Shown here: positions 1 to 10,543 of the stretch, piece by piece
Layout: each line of letters begins with the position of its first letter
How positions within the stretch are numbered: the stretch's first letter is position 1
From: Terriglobia bacterium
Lineage (GTDB): Bacteria > Acidobacteriota > Terriglobia > UBA7540
Assembly (NCBI GenBank): GCA_035532595.1
Contig: DATKQU010000209.1
Span: 1-59,561, forward strand
Reading direction: 5' to 3'
Length of the DNA: 59,561 bases
Position numbers and translations under genes: made by a program
The notes under the pieces: generated by a model
Told to the model about the DNA's origin: nothing
Database searches by the model: none
Seen by the model: the letters and a program-made list of their open reading frames with translations, nothing else

Positions 1-7
1 GCGAACA

Positions 8-44
8 GATGGTAGCCACGGCACCGATTTTGTGCCGTGGGCCT
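8..44. repeat. REP-like hairpin GATGGTAGCCACGG-loop-CCGTGGGCCT
   Basis: Stem CCACGGCAC/GTGCCGTGG. A second copy with the same flanks and a different loop lies at 41614..41652. Confidence 0.6.
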
Positions 45-658
45 CTTGCAGGCCAAAGCCCTAAGAACCCGCGGCATAGAAAGCCTGCCGTGGCGACCAA
101 CTTCTCCCGCCCTCGCCTTCAATTGAGCCTTCATGACTCAGAACTGCGCAATCGTCATTTGTAATTCGTAATTATCCCCGCAGGCCGCGCGTGGACGAAG
201 GAATTACACGCAAGCATAAGAGCCTAGTGTACTAGTCTATATATTGCATTCCAGCCCGCCAAATGAGACGCATGGGACTTTAGGCTGAGAAAAGCCTTAT
301 ATTAGTAAGTATAATTTTATCAGATGCTTACAAAAACTAAAGGGCGCTGAAATTTGAAAAAATGAGCCAATGTGTGCCATCTTTGCACACCGGGTAAAAA
401 TTACGGACTCCCAAATGCGCCGCGCCATTCCCGCTGGTAGCGGAGATATCTCCACTTGTAATTTCATGCTGTCCTCGCCGGACTCCGTCCCTTGCGCAAG
501 GCAGAGGCTCAGTCCTCTTCGGCTCGCGAATGTCGTTCCGCATTACCTCTCCCACCCTATCGCCCGAGGAACGGAGCTAACGGGAAGACTCGCTTTTGAC
601 TCGGGGACGATTGCACTATGCTCTATAATACGGGAGTTTTACTTAAGCTGAAGGCGGG

Positions 659-1927
659 ATGAGTCGCAGCGCAAGGCGATGCCGGAAATTTGGCAGGGCC
701 AGGAAAGAACAGGCAGTGAAGCAAACTAGGAAATTCATTGTAGTGATCGCGGGACTATGCGGATTTGTGGGTCTCGGTTGGCAAGCTGCGCGTGCCCAAG
801 TAAACACGCGGGTGTTGCTTTCCAGCGGCGCCGGCGTTCCAAACCATCCCGGCTTCACCTTTGGACCTTTTTACGATCTGGCCATGAACTCCCGAAAGCA
901 AATTGTCTTCCGCACAACGCTGCAAAGTCCCCGCACAGATTCGCCAGCCATCGTGCGTTCGGAGGGCGTCACGTTTTCGGTTGTGGCTTTCGGAGGACTT
1001 GTCTCCCCCGTCCCGCGAGAGGTCTATGACACCTTCAGCGCTCCCAGCATCAACGACGCGGGAAGCGTGGCCTTCACGGCGACTTTCAAAGAAGGGGCCA
1101 CTACGGCGGCGGTGGTGGAAGTTGAAGGCGACCAATCACGACTGGTGGCTGCGAATGGCAGCGCCGGGGCGAGCGATGGAGGCCCCGCCTTCAAAGAGTT
1201 TTCGGCGCCCGTCATCGGCTCGGACGGAGAGGTGCTGTTCGCGGCACGCATGGAGGGTTCGGGCTCAGGCCTGTATCTTTGGACGCCTCAGGGTATTCAT
1301 CAAGTGCCGCTGCCCCAGGGTTTCCATCTTGGGCCGCAAGACATCCTGCAGCCGTTGTTTTCCAGCAACAACGAAGCCGTATTTGTGCGGCGAGGGACGC
1401 CCCTGCAAGTCGCCAGTGAACAACTCTTTCGCGCCGTGGCCATCAAGAATTTCCAGCAGTTAAACACGCCTCCCGCCCCCGCTGAAACGGTGCAAGTCTT
1501 GCCGGCCCGGCCGGAGCAAGAGCCCGTCCAGTTGCTCCTGGTCTTGCTCGAGGGCGGAAATGCGCAGACCGCCGTGCTGGCAGGCGATCCCACTCAGCCG
1601 GTCATCGCCAAACGCTCACCCGGCATGGACTCTTCCGCCTCCGTATCGTTTAGCGAGATCCAGGGACAAGCGGCAGGACCCAACAGCGGCAGCGTCATCT
1701 TCGCGGGCCAGCCTGCGCAGCACGAAGACGGCTTCGGAATCTTTTGCTTTTGCCAAGGCGAGGTGGTTCGCCTGACCAGCCAGGAAGATTTCTCCATGCT
1801 CGTCCACAACCTGAATGGAAGACCTATTGTATCCCTCGCTGGCGACGCTCAGCATGTCGCGGCTTTCATCGCTCCGGTGGGAACGCAGCCGGATTCGAAC
1901 GCCATCTTCGTCTCTTACATCCCGTAG
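659..1927 (+). CDS. Secreted repeat protein with NxxGxxAF-type (choice-of-anchor tandem repeat-like) units
   Basis: N-terminal basic plus hydrophobic signal (FIVVIAGLCGFVGLGWQAARAQ). Recurring units INDAGSVAFTA, GSDGEVLFAA, SNNEAVFVR, GSVIFAG. Function unknown. Confidence 0.6.
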   Translation: MSRSARRCRKFGRARKEQAVKQTRKFIVVIAGLCGFVGLGWQAARAQVNTRVLLSSGAGVPNHPGFTFGPFYDLAMNSRKQIVFRTTLQSPRTDSPAIVRSEGVTFSVVAFGGLVSPVPREVYDTFSAPSINDAGSVAFTATFKEGATTAAVVEVEGDQSRLVAANGSAGASDGGPAFKEFSAPVIGSDGEVLFAARMEGSGSGLYLWTPQGIHQVPLPQGFHLGPQDILQPLFSSNNEAVFVRRGTPLQVASEQLFRAVAIKNFQQLNTPPAPAETVQVLPARPEQEPVQLLLVLLEGGNAQTAVLAGDPTQPVIAKRSPGMDSSASVSFSEIQGQAAGPNSGSVIFAGQPAQHEDGFGIFCFCQGEVVRLTSQEDFSMLVHNLNGRPIVSLAGDAQHVAAFIAPVGTQPDSNAIFVSYIP

Positions 1928-2045
1928 GGAGACGAGGCGCGCGCACTCCGCTTCGCAACTCAGCTTATCCCAGGCTCTCCCGAGCGTCCGGCTGAGCGAT
2001 GTCCGCCGGCAACCAGAGCACAGCAAGCTGCTGAAAAAGGTTATC

Positions 2046-2183
2046 GGTCATGCTGAGTGCCGCGAAGCATCTGCTGGATCTTCTTAAAAATGAACAAAGC
2101 AGATCCTTCGCGGAGTTTACCCTGAGCCCCTTCGCTTCGCTCAGGGCCGTTCGCGAACGGAGGGCGAACGGGCTCAGGATGAC
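2046..2183. repeat. Palindromic MITE/REP-like element with GTCATSCTGAG termini
   Basis: GTCATGCTGAG...CTCAGGATGAC termini. Internal hairpins GCGAAGCATCTGC/GCAGATCCTTCGC and GGGCCGTTCGC-n-GCGAACGGGC. Related copies at 5711..5778 and 41445..41529. Confidence 0.7.
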
Positions 2184-2210
2184 GTCGCGCGAGTGGTTTT
2201 CAGCAGCCCC

Positions 2211-3554
2211 TTAGACTTTCAGCTTCCACGGCGCGCGGTATTCCCGCATCAGGTATTGTTCCGCATTTCTTCCCGAGCTTCCGAACGCCAGGGCTTGCTT
2301 GCCAACATCCCAGACAATGCGTTCCTGGCTGCGCAAAGCGACGTTCCCCAGCAAACAGGCGCTGGTCGAACGATGCCCGATCTCGATATCGCTCGCGGGC
2401 CGCTGGCGTGACTTGACGCAATCCAGAAAGTTCCGCACGTGATCGAAGTGAGAATCGTTGGCCTCCTTCATTTGCATTGACGCCGTTTGCGCGACTTCCT
2501 TCCCGTCCAGCTTGCGCGATTCAGGGATGACCTCAAAACCGCCCCGGTCGACGAAGAGCGTTCCGTCGGTGCCGTGGAACTCAATGCCATAACTCTTGCC
2601 GTACATCGAGTTCGCGTTGTCCCAGCGATTCTCATAAACGCATACGAATTTGGGATTTTCGTACTGGTAGGTCACCTGGAGGGTGTCCGGAGTATCGGCG
2701 TTATCCTGAAGATAGAATTTCCCGCCCTGCGCGGTAATAACCTTCGGGCCGTCAACCTGCATTGCCCACTGGACGATGTCGATCAGGTGCACGCCCCAAT
2801 CGGTCATATACCCGCCCGCGTAATCCCAAAAATAGCGGAACGTCGACCAGCGTTCGCCCACCCCAAACCGATTCGAATTGAAAGGAACTTTCGGAGCAGG
2901 CCCCAGCCAGAAGTCCCAGTTCAGGTTTGAGGGCGGATCCGAATCGGCTGGGCTTCCGATGCCTTCCGGGTATTGATTGTCGTAATTCCAGGTGCGGACA
3001 AAGCTGACTTTGCCGATGAAACCATCCTGAACCAGCTTGACGGCCTTCTGGAAGTGAATGCCGGATCTCTGCTGCGTTCCGGCCTGCACGACCCGCTGAT
3101 ATTTGCGGGCGGCCTCCACCATGGCTTTGCCTTCATCGACACTGTGGCAAATGGGCTTTTCGACATAAACGTCTTTGCCGGCTTTGCAGGCCTCCACCAT
3201 CGGAAGCGCATGCCAGTGGTCCGGAGTGCCGATAATGACCACATTGATGTCCTGGCGATCCAGGATGTGTCGAAAGTCCGTGTAGGTCTGGGCCTTACCC
3301 TGGGTGGCCTCCAGGGCTTTATCAAGATTGGGCTGGTAGACGTCCGCCAATGCGGCGATTTCGACCTCCGGCTGCTTGGCGAAGTCTTTCAAATCATAAA
3401 GGCCCATGGCGCCAGTTCCGATGACGCCGGCAATGATCTTATCGTTGGCAGAAACCGTTTTCGCCGCACCGACGGCGGGAAATCCGATCCCTGCGCTCAC
3501 GGCCCCGATCGCGAAGCTTTTCATGAAGTCGCGTCGATTGAAGTCTTCGGTCAT
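2211..3554 (-). CDS. Gfo/Idh/MocA family oxidoreductase, Tat-exported
   Basis: Start moved to MTEDFNRRDFMKSFAIGAVSAG (twin-arginine motif). Rossmann motif IIAGVIGTGAMG. The ORF-track upstream 69 aa look like read-through. Confidence 0.85.
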   Translation of the reverse strand: MTEDFNRRDFMKSFAIGAVSAGIGFPAVGAAKTVSANDKIIAGVIGTGAMGLYDLKDFAKQPEVEIAALADVYQPNLDKALEATQGKAQTYTDFRHILDRQDINVVIIGTPDHWHALPMVEACKAGKDVYVEKPICHSVDEGKAMVEAARKYQRVVQAGTQQRSGIHFQKAVKLVQDGFIGKVSFVRTWNYDNQYPEGIGSPADSDPPSNLNWDFWLGPAPKVPFNSNRFGVGERWSTFRYFWDYAGGYMTDWGVHLIDIVQWAMQVDGPKVITAQGGKFYLQDNADTPDTLQVTYQYENPKFVCVYENRWDNANSMYGKSYGIEFHGTDGTLFVDRGGFEVIPESRKLDGKEVAQTASMQMKEANDSHFDHVRNFLDCVKSRQRPASDIEIGHRSTSACLLGNVALRSQERIVWDVGKQALAFGSSGRNAEQYLMREYRAPWKLKV

Positions 3555-3815
3555 GGTGAAGGTTCCGTTCCTTTCTTGGTGCGAGTTCCCTGCTTGGCGC
3601 CGATTGTATATCACCGCGGCCCCACATCCAAGCCGGGTCGCGGACTGCCTTGTGGTTTTCTTTGCATGAGCCGTGGGAGGGCGAAGCCTCAGGGTGGTGG
3701 GCGCAGGGTCATTCCTTTCTGCCGGAACTTTCCCGCAATGTGGCAAAATGGTTTGTTCCAAAGGGAGAGAAGGGGAGAGTGGTGAAATGGGATGCCGTGA
3801 GCTGCGCGGTGAAGC

Positions 3816-4154
3816 TTATTCCCTGCTCAACTTGCTGGCCAGGGTAAGAATTAGTTTTCGGTTGGCTGTGGACATATTTTCAAAATACTTCGCCAGCTTC
3901 CGCATCGATTTTGACTGGCTGGTGTGGGGAGGGACGCGGGCAGCCAACGGATGGCCGCCGCCGTGAAAAAGAAGCTGATAGGGTTCAACCTCCAAAGCCT
4001 TGGCGAACTTATCCAGCGTCGTCAAAGAAGGCGCGGTGTATCCGCCTTCCACACGGGAAATATACGAGCGCAACAAGCCCGAGCGCTTTTCAATGTCTCC
4101 CTGCGAGAGCCCTTTAGCCTCGCGCAGAGTCCGAATTCGCTTTCCGATATCCAC
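3816..4154 (-). CDS. XRE-family helix-turn-helix transcriptional regulator
   Basis: IRTLREAKGLSQGDIEKRSGLLRSYISRVEGG is a classic Cro/C1 HTH. Confidence 0.8.
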   Translation of the reverse strand: MDIGKRIRTLREAKGLSQGDIEKRSGLLRSYISRVEGGYTAPSLTTLDKFAKALEVEPYQLLFHGGGHPLAARVPPHTSQSKSMRKLAKYFENMSTANRKLILTLASKLSRE

Positions 4155-4264
4155 AGTCTTATCAGAACAGAAACCCCGTTCCTTGTCAATGATGGCCTAT
4201 TGTCGAAGTTGGTGGGATATTAGAATTAAATAATACAAAATTACCAGTCGGCAGGGAAGGCAAT

Positions 4265-5311
4265 CTAAGAGCTTGCGTGGCGGCGGGCTCGGCGGGAAGA
4301 TTCCGCCGAATGTCCCGCCGCGTGATGGGTTACACAATCAAGAAATGCCAGGGCCAGCAAGGCGCCTCCCGGCTCCGTCAGCGCCGGCAATAGCACGGAT
4401 ATCGCCGCGCTCCCGGAGAACTGCTGATCGTTGCTGTCCGTTATGGCGAAGAGTTTTCCGCCGTTTTTTTCCCCGGTGTCTGCTCCTACCTGGTGAACGA
4501 CCGCTTTGAGCGCGCAACGCGAGCCGGAAAGAATCACGACTCCGGTATCCTTTTCGATCAAGGGAAGCTCGGCATCGCGAAAATGCAGGAGTTCAAACCC
4601 TGCGGCCGGAAGCCCCGCCAGTTTCTCGAGATGGTGAGCGGCTTGAAGAGCGGCGGGGTGATACAGGCCGCCGCCGGTCACCACAACTTTCGGCAAGCTT
4701 CGGAGTTCGCCGGCAAGCGCCCGGGCAGCGTCGGTAAACTGATTGTGGACGCGCTCGATGTTTTCGGGCAGTTTTTCGAGTTCTGTTTCCTGTGCTTCCA
4801 CGAACGCCGCCGGCCGTTTCAGAACCCGCGCGGCGGCCAAAGCCAGAAAAAGCATTGCCGCATGCTGGCACAACGCCGACTGCATCCCATCGTCTGGGGC
4901 TTCATGAAGGTACAGTGGCGCGATACCGTCGGCCAGCGCGCCGAGCCTGCTGGCGGGGTTGGCCGTTAATCCCCAAACCATGGCGCCCCGGCTCTTCGCC
5001 GCTTGTGCGGCCTCCAACGTCTTCTCGCACTCGCCCGAAGGAGAAATCGCAATCAGCAGGGATCGAGAGGCGAGCACCGAACTGGTATAGGCAGTAAACA
5101 CCTCGGGGCTTCGCACCACAACCGGCAATTGCATGAGGGATTCAAAAGCATAGGCTCCCGTAAGCGCCGCCGAGTATGATGAGCCGCTGCCCGTTATAAA
5201 AACGGGCCTTTCACTCCAAGACGCCCGGCGAACCAGAGCGTCGTATTGGGGCCGTCCTTTCGCCCACATCAGCCGCAGCGCTCGCGGGATTTCAAGAATT
5301 TCCTGCCTCAT
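4265..5311 (-). CDS. Tandem-SIS-domain sugar phosphate isomerase/aminotransferase-like protein (GlmS isomerase-domain/AgaS-like)
   Basis: VFITGSGSSYSAA and LLIAISPSGE SIS motifs. Start chosen at MRQEILEIPRAL with AAGGCGGA upstream. The track start at 5341 is an alternative. Confidence 0.75.
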   Translation of the reverse strand: MRQEILEIPRALRLMWAKGRPQYDALVRRASWSERPVFITGSGSSYSAALTGAYAFESLMQLPVVVRSPEVFTAYTSSVLASRSLLIAISPSGECEKTLEAAQAAKSRGAMVWGLTANPASRLGALADGIAPLYLHEAPDDGMQSALCQHAAMLFLALAAARVLKRPAAFVEAQETELEKLPENIERVHNQFTDAARALAGELRSLPKVVVTGGGLYHPAALQAAHHLEKLAGLPAAGFELLHFRDAELPLIEKDTGVVILSGSRCALKAVVHQVGADTGEKNGGKLFAITDSNDQQFSGSAAISVLLPALTEPGGALLALAFLDCVTHHAAGHSAESSRRARRHASS

Positions 5312-5710
5312 ATTGGATTCCGCCTTAACAGCCGTCCCCATTGCCCGTTCCGGGTCGCGGCCAGGACAAGCGTGAAGGGGCCTTGTCGCCGCGGCCTACA
5401 AAACCGATCCACACCAGCATGGGAGCGTAGCAGATATTTGTACCATGAACCGGAGTCCGGCGGGTAAAACAGTGGCCGGCAGCTCGGAAAACGCCAGGAT
5501 AAGTTTGGCCCTGAAAACTCTCAAGGACATGCGGGGCGTTCCCTTTTCTGATTCGGGGAGTTCCGGCAGGATTGCGCCACCGGCCCTGCCAAAGGCCTGA
5601 AACCAATTCCTGGCGGCTTAATCTAATAGCTGGAGGAGCAGGCTTTGCTTTGCCATCAAGCGGGGAGTTATCCAGACCCCTGCGAGTTTGTTGAAAAGCG
5701 ATTTGGACAT

Positions 5711-5778
5711 GTCATGCGGCGCCCGTTCGCTTCGCTCAGGGCCGTTCGCAAGCTGAGGGCGAACGGGCTCAGGATGAC
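5711..5778. repeat. Half copy of the GTCATSCTGAG palindromic element
   Basis: GTCATGCGGCGCCCGTTCGCTTCGCTCAGGGCCGTTCGC-AAGCT-GAGGGCGAACGGGCTCAGGATGAC. Confidence 0.65.
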
Positions 5779-6119
5779 GGCGCGCAAGGTTTTCTCAGCA
5801 CCATGCTAAATAAAAGGTGACATCTTTGACCACGAAAAGTGATACCTCGGCCTGTTTCAATTATAATAATTGGGAACATGAAATTAGGAGGTTGTGCAAG
5901 GCGGCGGAAAGAGACGGGGGGGGAAGTGGGGCTTGGCGCCAGAGCCTCCGGGCCACGGCTCGCATGCCTGCCTGTAACGGGGAGGATGAGAAGGCTCCTC
6001 GATTCATTCCGCAAATGCTCACGCCCTCAATGCGGCGCCCAGCAGCGGCGGCGAAATTCGGCGGGTTCACTGTAACGCTTCCTCAAATACAATCGTCCTA
6101 AAAAGAATGAGGTCCTAGA

Positions 6120-7280
6120 TTGAAGAAACTGCCACTTTACAGACTGCAATGGGTTGGGTACGCCGCCTTGGCGATTGCTCTCACTCTATTCTCGATCGCC
6201 TGCGCAGAGAAGAAGCCTGGAAACGCTCCGGCGCTATCTCTAATGAATCAGCCTGTGCCGGTCACGGTCGCTGAGGCGGCAGAGAGAAGCGTGCCGGTCC
6301 AGGCGACGGCGATTGGCAACGTCGAGGCGTATTCTACGGTCACCATCAAGTCCCTGGTGGATGGAGAGATTCAGCGGGCCTATTTCACCCAAGGCCAGGA
6401 CGTGCACAAGGGTGATCTGTTATTCAGCATCGACTCTCGTCCTTTCAAGGCCACCCTTCAACAGGCGGAAGCCAACCTGGCCCGCGATGAGGCCCAGGCG
6501 AAAAACGCCCGGCAGCAACTCCAACGATACTCTCAACTGGAAAAGTCCGGCATCATCTCCGCGGACCAATACGATCAGTTCCAGACCAACTCCACGGCGC
6601 TCGAAGCGTCCGTTCGCGCGGACCAGGCCGCCGTCGAACAGTCTAAGATTCAGTTGGGCTATTGCTCGATCTACTCGCCCCTCGAAGGGCGCACGGGCAG
6701 CTTGCTGGTCTATCCCGGCAACCTGGTCAAGACCAACGACACGAGCTTGGTGGTGATCAATCAGGTCAGTCCGACTTACGTCGATTTCTCGGTGCCAGAA
6801 CAGTACTTGGGGCAGATAAAGTCATACCAGACCCACGGCCGGCTCCAGGTTCTTGCGGAAATTCCCAATAATGGAGGGAAGCCCTCTGTGGGCTGGCTGA
6901 CCTTCATCAATAATACCGTCGACAGCACCACCGGAACGATCATGTTGAAAGCAACGTTTCCTAACGAAGACCGGCGCTTGTGGCCCGGCCAATTCGTCAA
7001 CGTCACCCTGGACCTTACCGTGCAGCCCAGAGCGACGGTGGTTCCTGCGCAGGCTGTCCAGACAGGACAAGAGGGAAAATACATCTACGTGGTCAAGCCC
7101 GACCTGACCACCGAAGTTCGACCCGTGGAAGTGGGCAATTCGGTGAACGGGGTGACCGTCATTGAAAAGGGGATCAAACCCGGGGAAACGGTGGTCACCA
7201 ACGGCCAGCTTCGGCTTTACCCGGGGGCCAAGGTGTCGATCAAAAACGCCTCGGCTTCGGCGCAGGATAGCAGATCATGA
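6120..7280 (+). CDS. RND efflux periplasmic adaptor (membrane fusion protein)
   Basis: TTG start and a lipobox-like LFSIAC. Coiled-coil hairpin region (QQAEANLARDEAQAKNARQQLQRY) and an AcrA/HlyD-like C-terminal barrel. ATGA overlap with the pump gene. Confidence 0.9.
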   Translation: MKKLPLYRLQWVGYAALAIALTLFSIACAEKKPGNAPALSLMNQPVPVTVAEAAERSVPVQATAIGNVEAYSTVTIKSLVDGEIQRAYFTQGQDVHKGDLLFSIDSRPFKATLQQAEANLARDEAQAKNARQQLQRYSQLEKSGIISADQYDQFQTNSTALEASVRADQAAVEQSKIQLGYCSIYSPLEGRTGSLLVYPGNLVKTNDTSLVVINQVSPTYVDFSVPEQYLGQIKSYQTHGRLQVLAEIPNNGGKPSVGWLTFINNTVDSTTGTIMLKATFPNEDRRLWPGQFVNVTLDLTVQPRATVVPAQAVQTGQEGKYIYVVKPDLTTEVRPVEVGNSVNGVTVIEKGIKPGETVVTNGQLRLYPGAKVSIKNASASAQDSRS

Positions 7281-10200
7281 ATCTCTCTGAACTTTTTATC
7301 CGCCGCCCGGTGATGACGACGCTGGTCATGCTGGGAATCCTGCTGTTTGGCATCATGGCGTACCGGTTTTTGCCGGTCAACGACCTGCCGAACGTCGATT
7401 ACCCTACGATCACCGTGAGCGCGGGGCTTCCCGGAGCGAGTCCTGAAACCATGGCCTCGTCGGTGGCGACACCGCTCGAGAGGCAGTTTTCCACCATCGC
7501 CGGGCTTGACTCGATGTCGTCCACCAACACTCAGGGAATCGCGCAGATCAACCTGCAGTTTAACCTGAGCCGGAACATTGATGCGGCGGCCCAGGACGTT
7601 CAGGCCATGATCACCCAGGCCCAAGGCGATCTTCCTCCCGGGATGCCATCACCGCCAGTGTTCCGTAAAGTGAATCCGGCCGATCAGCCGATCCTCTACA
7701 TGGCGGTGTGGTCTGATACGCTTCCCCTCTACACCACAAGCGAGTATGCGGACACCCTCATGGCCCAGCGCATCTCCATGGTGAGCGGAGTGGCGCAGGT
7801 CTCAGTGTACGGTGAACAAAAGTATGCCGTCCATGTCCAATTCGATCCCAAAGCGCTGGCCACGCGGAAGATCGGGATCGACGAGGCTATCCAGGCGGTT
7901 CAGAACGCCAACGTCAATCTGCCCACGGGGACGCTCTACGGCACCCACAAGGCCTTCGTCGTCCAGGCGGAAGGCCAACTGAATGACGCGGCAGCCTACC
8001 GGCCTATTATCATCGCCTATCGGAACGGGGCCCCGGTGCGCCTGGACGCCGTGGCCAATGTGGTGAACGGCAGCCAAAGCGACAAAATCGCCAACTGGTA
8101 TAACGGCAAACGGGCGATGATTCTAGCAGTGCAACGCCAGCCCGGCACCAACACCGTGGAAGTGGTCGATAACATCCGGAAGCTGCTGCCCAACTTTCGA
8201 ACTGAAATTCCGGCCGCCATTCATCTCCACACGGTTTACGACCGGTCCGAGTCGATTCGGGATTCGATCAACGACGTCAAATTCACGCTCTATCTAACCC
8301 TCTGCCTCGTAGTCTTGGTGATCTTCGTTTTCTTGCGTAATATTTCCGCCACCATCATCCCCAGCTTGGCCCTTCCGATGTCGATTATCGGAACTTTTGC
8401 GGTGATGTACCTGGCGGGCTATACGGTGGACAACTTATCCCTCATGGCCCTGGTGCTCGCCGTGGGCTTCGTGGTGGATGACGCCATCGTCATGCTTGAA
8501 AACATTGTGCGTCACATGGAGATGGGCGAAAGCGTCATGGAAGCGGCGCTCAACGGCTCAAAGGAAATCAGCTTCACCATTCTTTCCATGACGCTCTCCT
8601 TGACCGCGGTTTTTATTCCCGTGCTCTTCATGAGCGGGATTATGGGCCGGCTGCTGCATGAATTTTCCGTGACCATCATGTCCGCGGTGCTGGTTTCCGG
8701 CATCGTGTCGCTGACGCTGACCCCCATGCTGTGCAGCCGCTTCCTGCGGCATCCGCGGGCCCAGAAGCACGGCCATCTGTTTGAGGTCTCCGAACGCTAT
8801 TTCAACCACTTCCTTCGCGGTTATGATTGGAGCCTGCGCGGGGCTCTCCGCCACCGCCTGACCGTCCTCATTGCGTCGATCGTGATTCTGATTGTGACCG
8901 GGTATTTGTTTTTCCTGATCCCCAAAGGATTCCTTCCCAGCGAAGACAGCGGAACCGTTCTGGGCTTCACCCTGGCCGCGCAGGGCACCTCCTTCGACGC
9001 CATGAAGGAGCTCCAGCAAGAGGTGGTAGCGATCGTGCGCGCCAACCCCAACGTCCATGACGTCTTCTCCCTGGCCGGCGCGGGCGGGCCGTCCTCGGGA
9101 GGAAATTCCGGTCTCTTCTTCTGCCATCTGAACCCGCGTCCCTCTGCGGGGCAGGATTTTGTGGCCGGGATCAAGGACTTCTTCCACATCCCGCACAAGC
9201 CCTTCGGCCCGGGATACCGGATGGTGAGCACGGACGCGGTGATTCAGCAATTGCGTCCGGAACTTGCGAGAGTCCCCGGGATCATGGCCTTCATGCAGAA
9301 CCCTCCTCCCATCCGCATTGGCGCCCATCTGACCAAAAGCGAGTACCAGTACACGCTGGAGGGGCCGGACACCAAGGAGCTATATCAGAACGCGCAAATT
9401 CTGAACGCGAAGATGAGCAAACTTCCCGGCTTCCAGGACGTCACGACCGACCTGCAGATCGACAATCCGCAGGTCAACGTGCAAATCGACCGCGATAAGG
9501 CCACGGCTTTGGGGGTGACCGCCTATCAAATCGAAAGCGCCCTGACCACCGCCTACGGCCAGGGACGGATCTCCACCATCTATGCTCCCAACAATGAATA
9601 TTGGGTGATCTCGGAGTTGGAGCCCCAATATCAGATGAATCCGGACGATCTGTCCATGCTGTACATTCGCTCTTCCAGCGGTCAACTCATCCCTCTGAAC
9701 ACCGTTGCGAACGTGACGGAAGGTCTTGGTCCCTTGTCCGTCAACCACTTTGGCCAGCTTCCTTCGGTCACCATCTCTTTTAACCTGAAGCCGGGAGTGG
9801 CCTTGGGCGGGGCGGTCTCGGACGTTGACCGTCTGGCGCGGGAAACGCTTCCCGCCGACATCAGCGCCACTTTTGAAGGAACCGCGCAGGAGTTTCAGTC
9901 GTCGCTAGTGGGCCTGGGCGTGTTGCTGATCGCCACGATCCTGGTGATTTACCTGGTTCTGGGCGTTCTTTACGAGAGCTTTATCCATCCCTTGACCATC
10001 CTTTCGGGCTTGCCTTCGGCAGCCCTGGGCGCCTTGGTGACCCTGATGGCCTTTCACCTGGATTTGGACCTCTACGGGTTTGTGGGCATCATCATGCTCA
10101 TCGGGATCGTTAAAAAGAACGCCATCATGATGATTGACTTTGCCCTGGACGCCGAGCGGAGCGGCGGGAAATCCACCCAGGAAGCGATTTACCACGGCGC

Positions 10201-10501
10201 CCTCGTCCGCTTCCGACCCATCATGATGACCACCTTCGCGGCCTTGATGGGGATCATGCCCATCGCCTTGGGCTTGGGAGCGGGCGCCGATTCACGGCGG
10301 CCTTTGGGATTGGCGGTGGTGGGAGGACTCGTCTTTTCACAAGTGATCACCCTGTACATTACCCCTGTTTATTACACCTACCTCGATCAGTTCCAGCGCT
10401 GGCTTGGCAGGCATTTCCGCCGCCGGCCCGCGGAAGGAGCGCTCGAAGTTCCGCCGGAATCCGTTCTGGCCGAAACCGGCGACGCTTCCCGGGGCCACTA
10501 A
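7277..10501 (+). CDS. RND multidrug efflux permease (AcrB/MdtB/MdtC family)
   Basis: 1074 aa. N-terminus MNLSELFIRRPVMTTLVML, motif VVDDAIVMLENI, 12-TM architecture with two large periplasmic loops. Confidence 0.95.
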   Translation: MNLSELFIRRPVMTTLVMLGILLFGIMAYRFLPVNDLPNVDYPTITVSAGLPGASPETMASSVATPLERQFSTIAGLDSMSSTNTQGIAQINLQFNLSRNIDAAAQDVQAMITQAQGDLPPGMPSPPVFRKVNPADQPILYMAVWSDTLPLYTTSEYADTLMAQRISMVSGVAQVSVYGEQKYAVHVQFDPKALATRKIGIDEAIQAVQNANVNLPTGTLYGTHKAFVVQAEGQLNDAAAYRPIIIAYRNGAPVRLDAVANVVNGSQSDKIANWYNGKRAMILAVQRQPGTNTVEVVDNIRKLLPNFRTEIPAAIHLHTVYDRSESIRDSINDVKFTLYLTLCLVVLVIFVFLRNISATIIPSLALPMSIIGTFAVMYLAGYTVDNLSLMALVLAVGFVVDDAIVMLENIVRHMEMGESVMEAALNGSKEISFTILSMTLSLTAVFIPVLFMSGIMGRLLHEFSVTIMSAVLVSGIVSLTLTPMLCSRFLRHPRAQKHGHLFEVSERYFNHFLRGYDWSLRGALRHRLTVLIASIVILIVTGYLFFLIPKGFLPSEDSGTVLGFTLAAQGTSFDAMKELQQEVVAIVRANPNVHDVFSLAGAGGPSSGGNSGLFFCHLNPRPSAGQDFVAGIKDFFHIPHKPFGPGYRMVSTDAVIQQLRPELARVPGIMAFMQNPPPIRIGAHLTKSEYQYTLEGPDTKELYQNAQILNAKMSKLPGFQDVTTDLQIDNPQVNVQIDRDKATALGVTAYQIESALTTAYGQGRISTIYAPNNEYWVISELEPQYQMNPDDLSMLYIRSSSGQLIPLNTVANVTEGLGPLSVNHFGQLPSVTISFNLKPGVALGGAVSDVDRLARETLPADISATFEGTAQEFQSSLVGLGVLLIATILVIYLVLGVLYESFIHPLTILSGLPSAALGALVTLMAFHLDLDLYGFVGIIMLIGIVKKNAIMMIDFALDAERSGGKSTQEAIYHGALVRFRPIMMTTFAALMGIMPIALGLGAGADSRRPLGLAVVGGLVFSQVITLYITPVYYTYLDQFQRWLGRHFRRRPAEGALEVPPESVLAETGDASRGH

Positions 10502-10543
10502 GCTCGCCGGGACTCGCCGCAGCCACCTTTCAGAAACTCCTGG

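Noticed and set aside
3555-3761. N-terminal extensions in the ORF track (2211..3761, 17302..18480, 24942..26894, 38847.., 53031.., 4265..5341, 16502..)
   Set aside because: Internal starts give canonical signal peptides or family N-termini and better RBS contexts. The extensions overlap neighbouring genes or promoters, or lack protein-like character.
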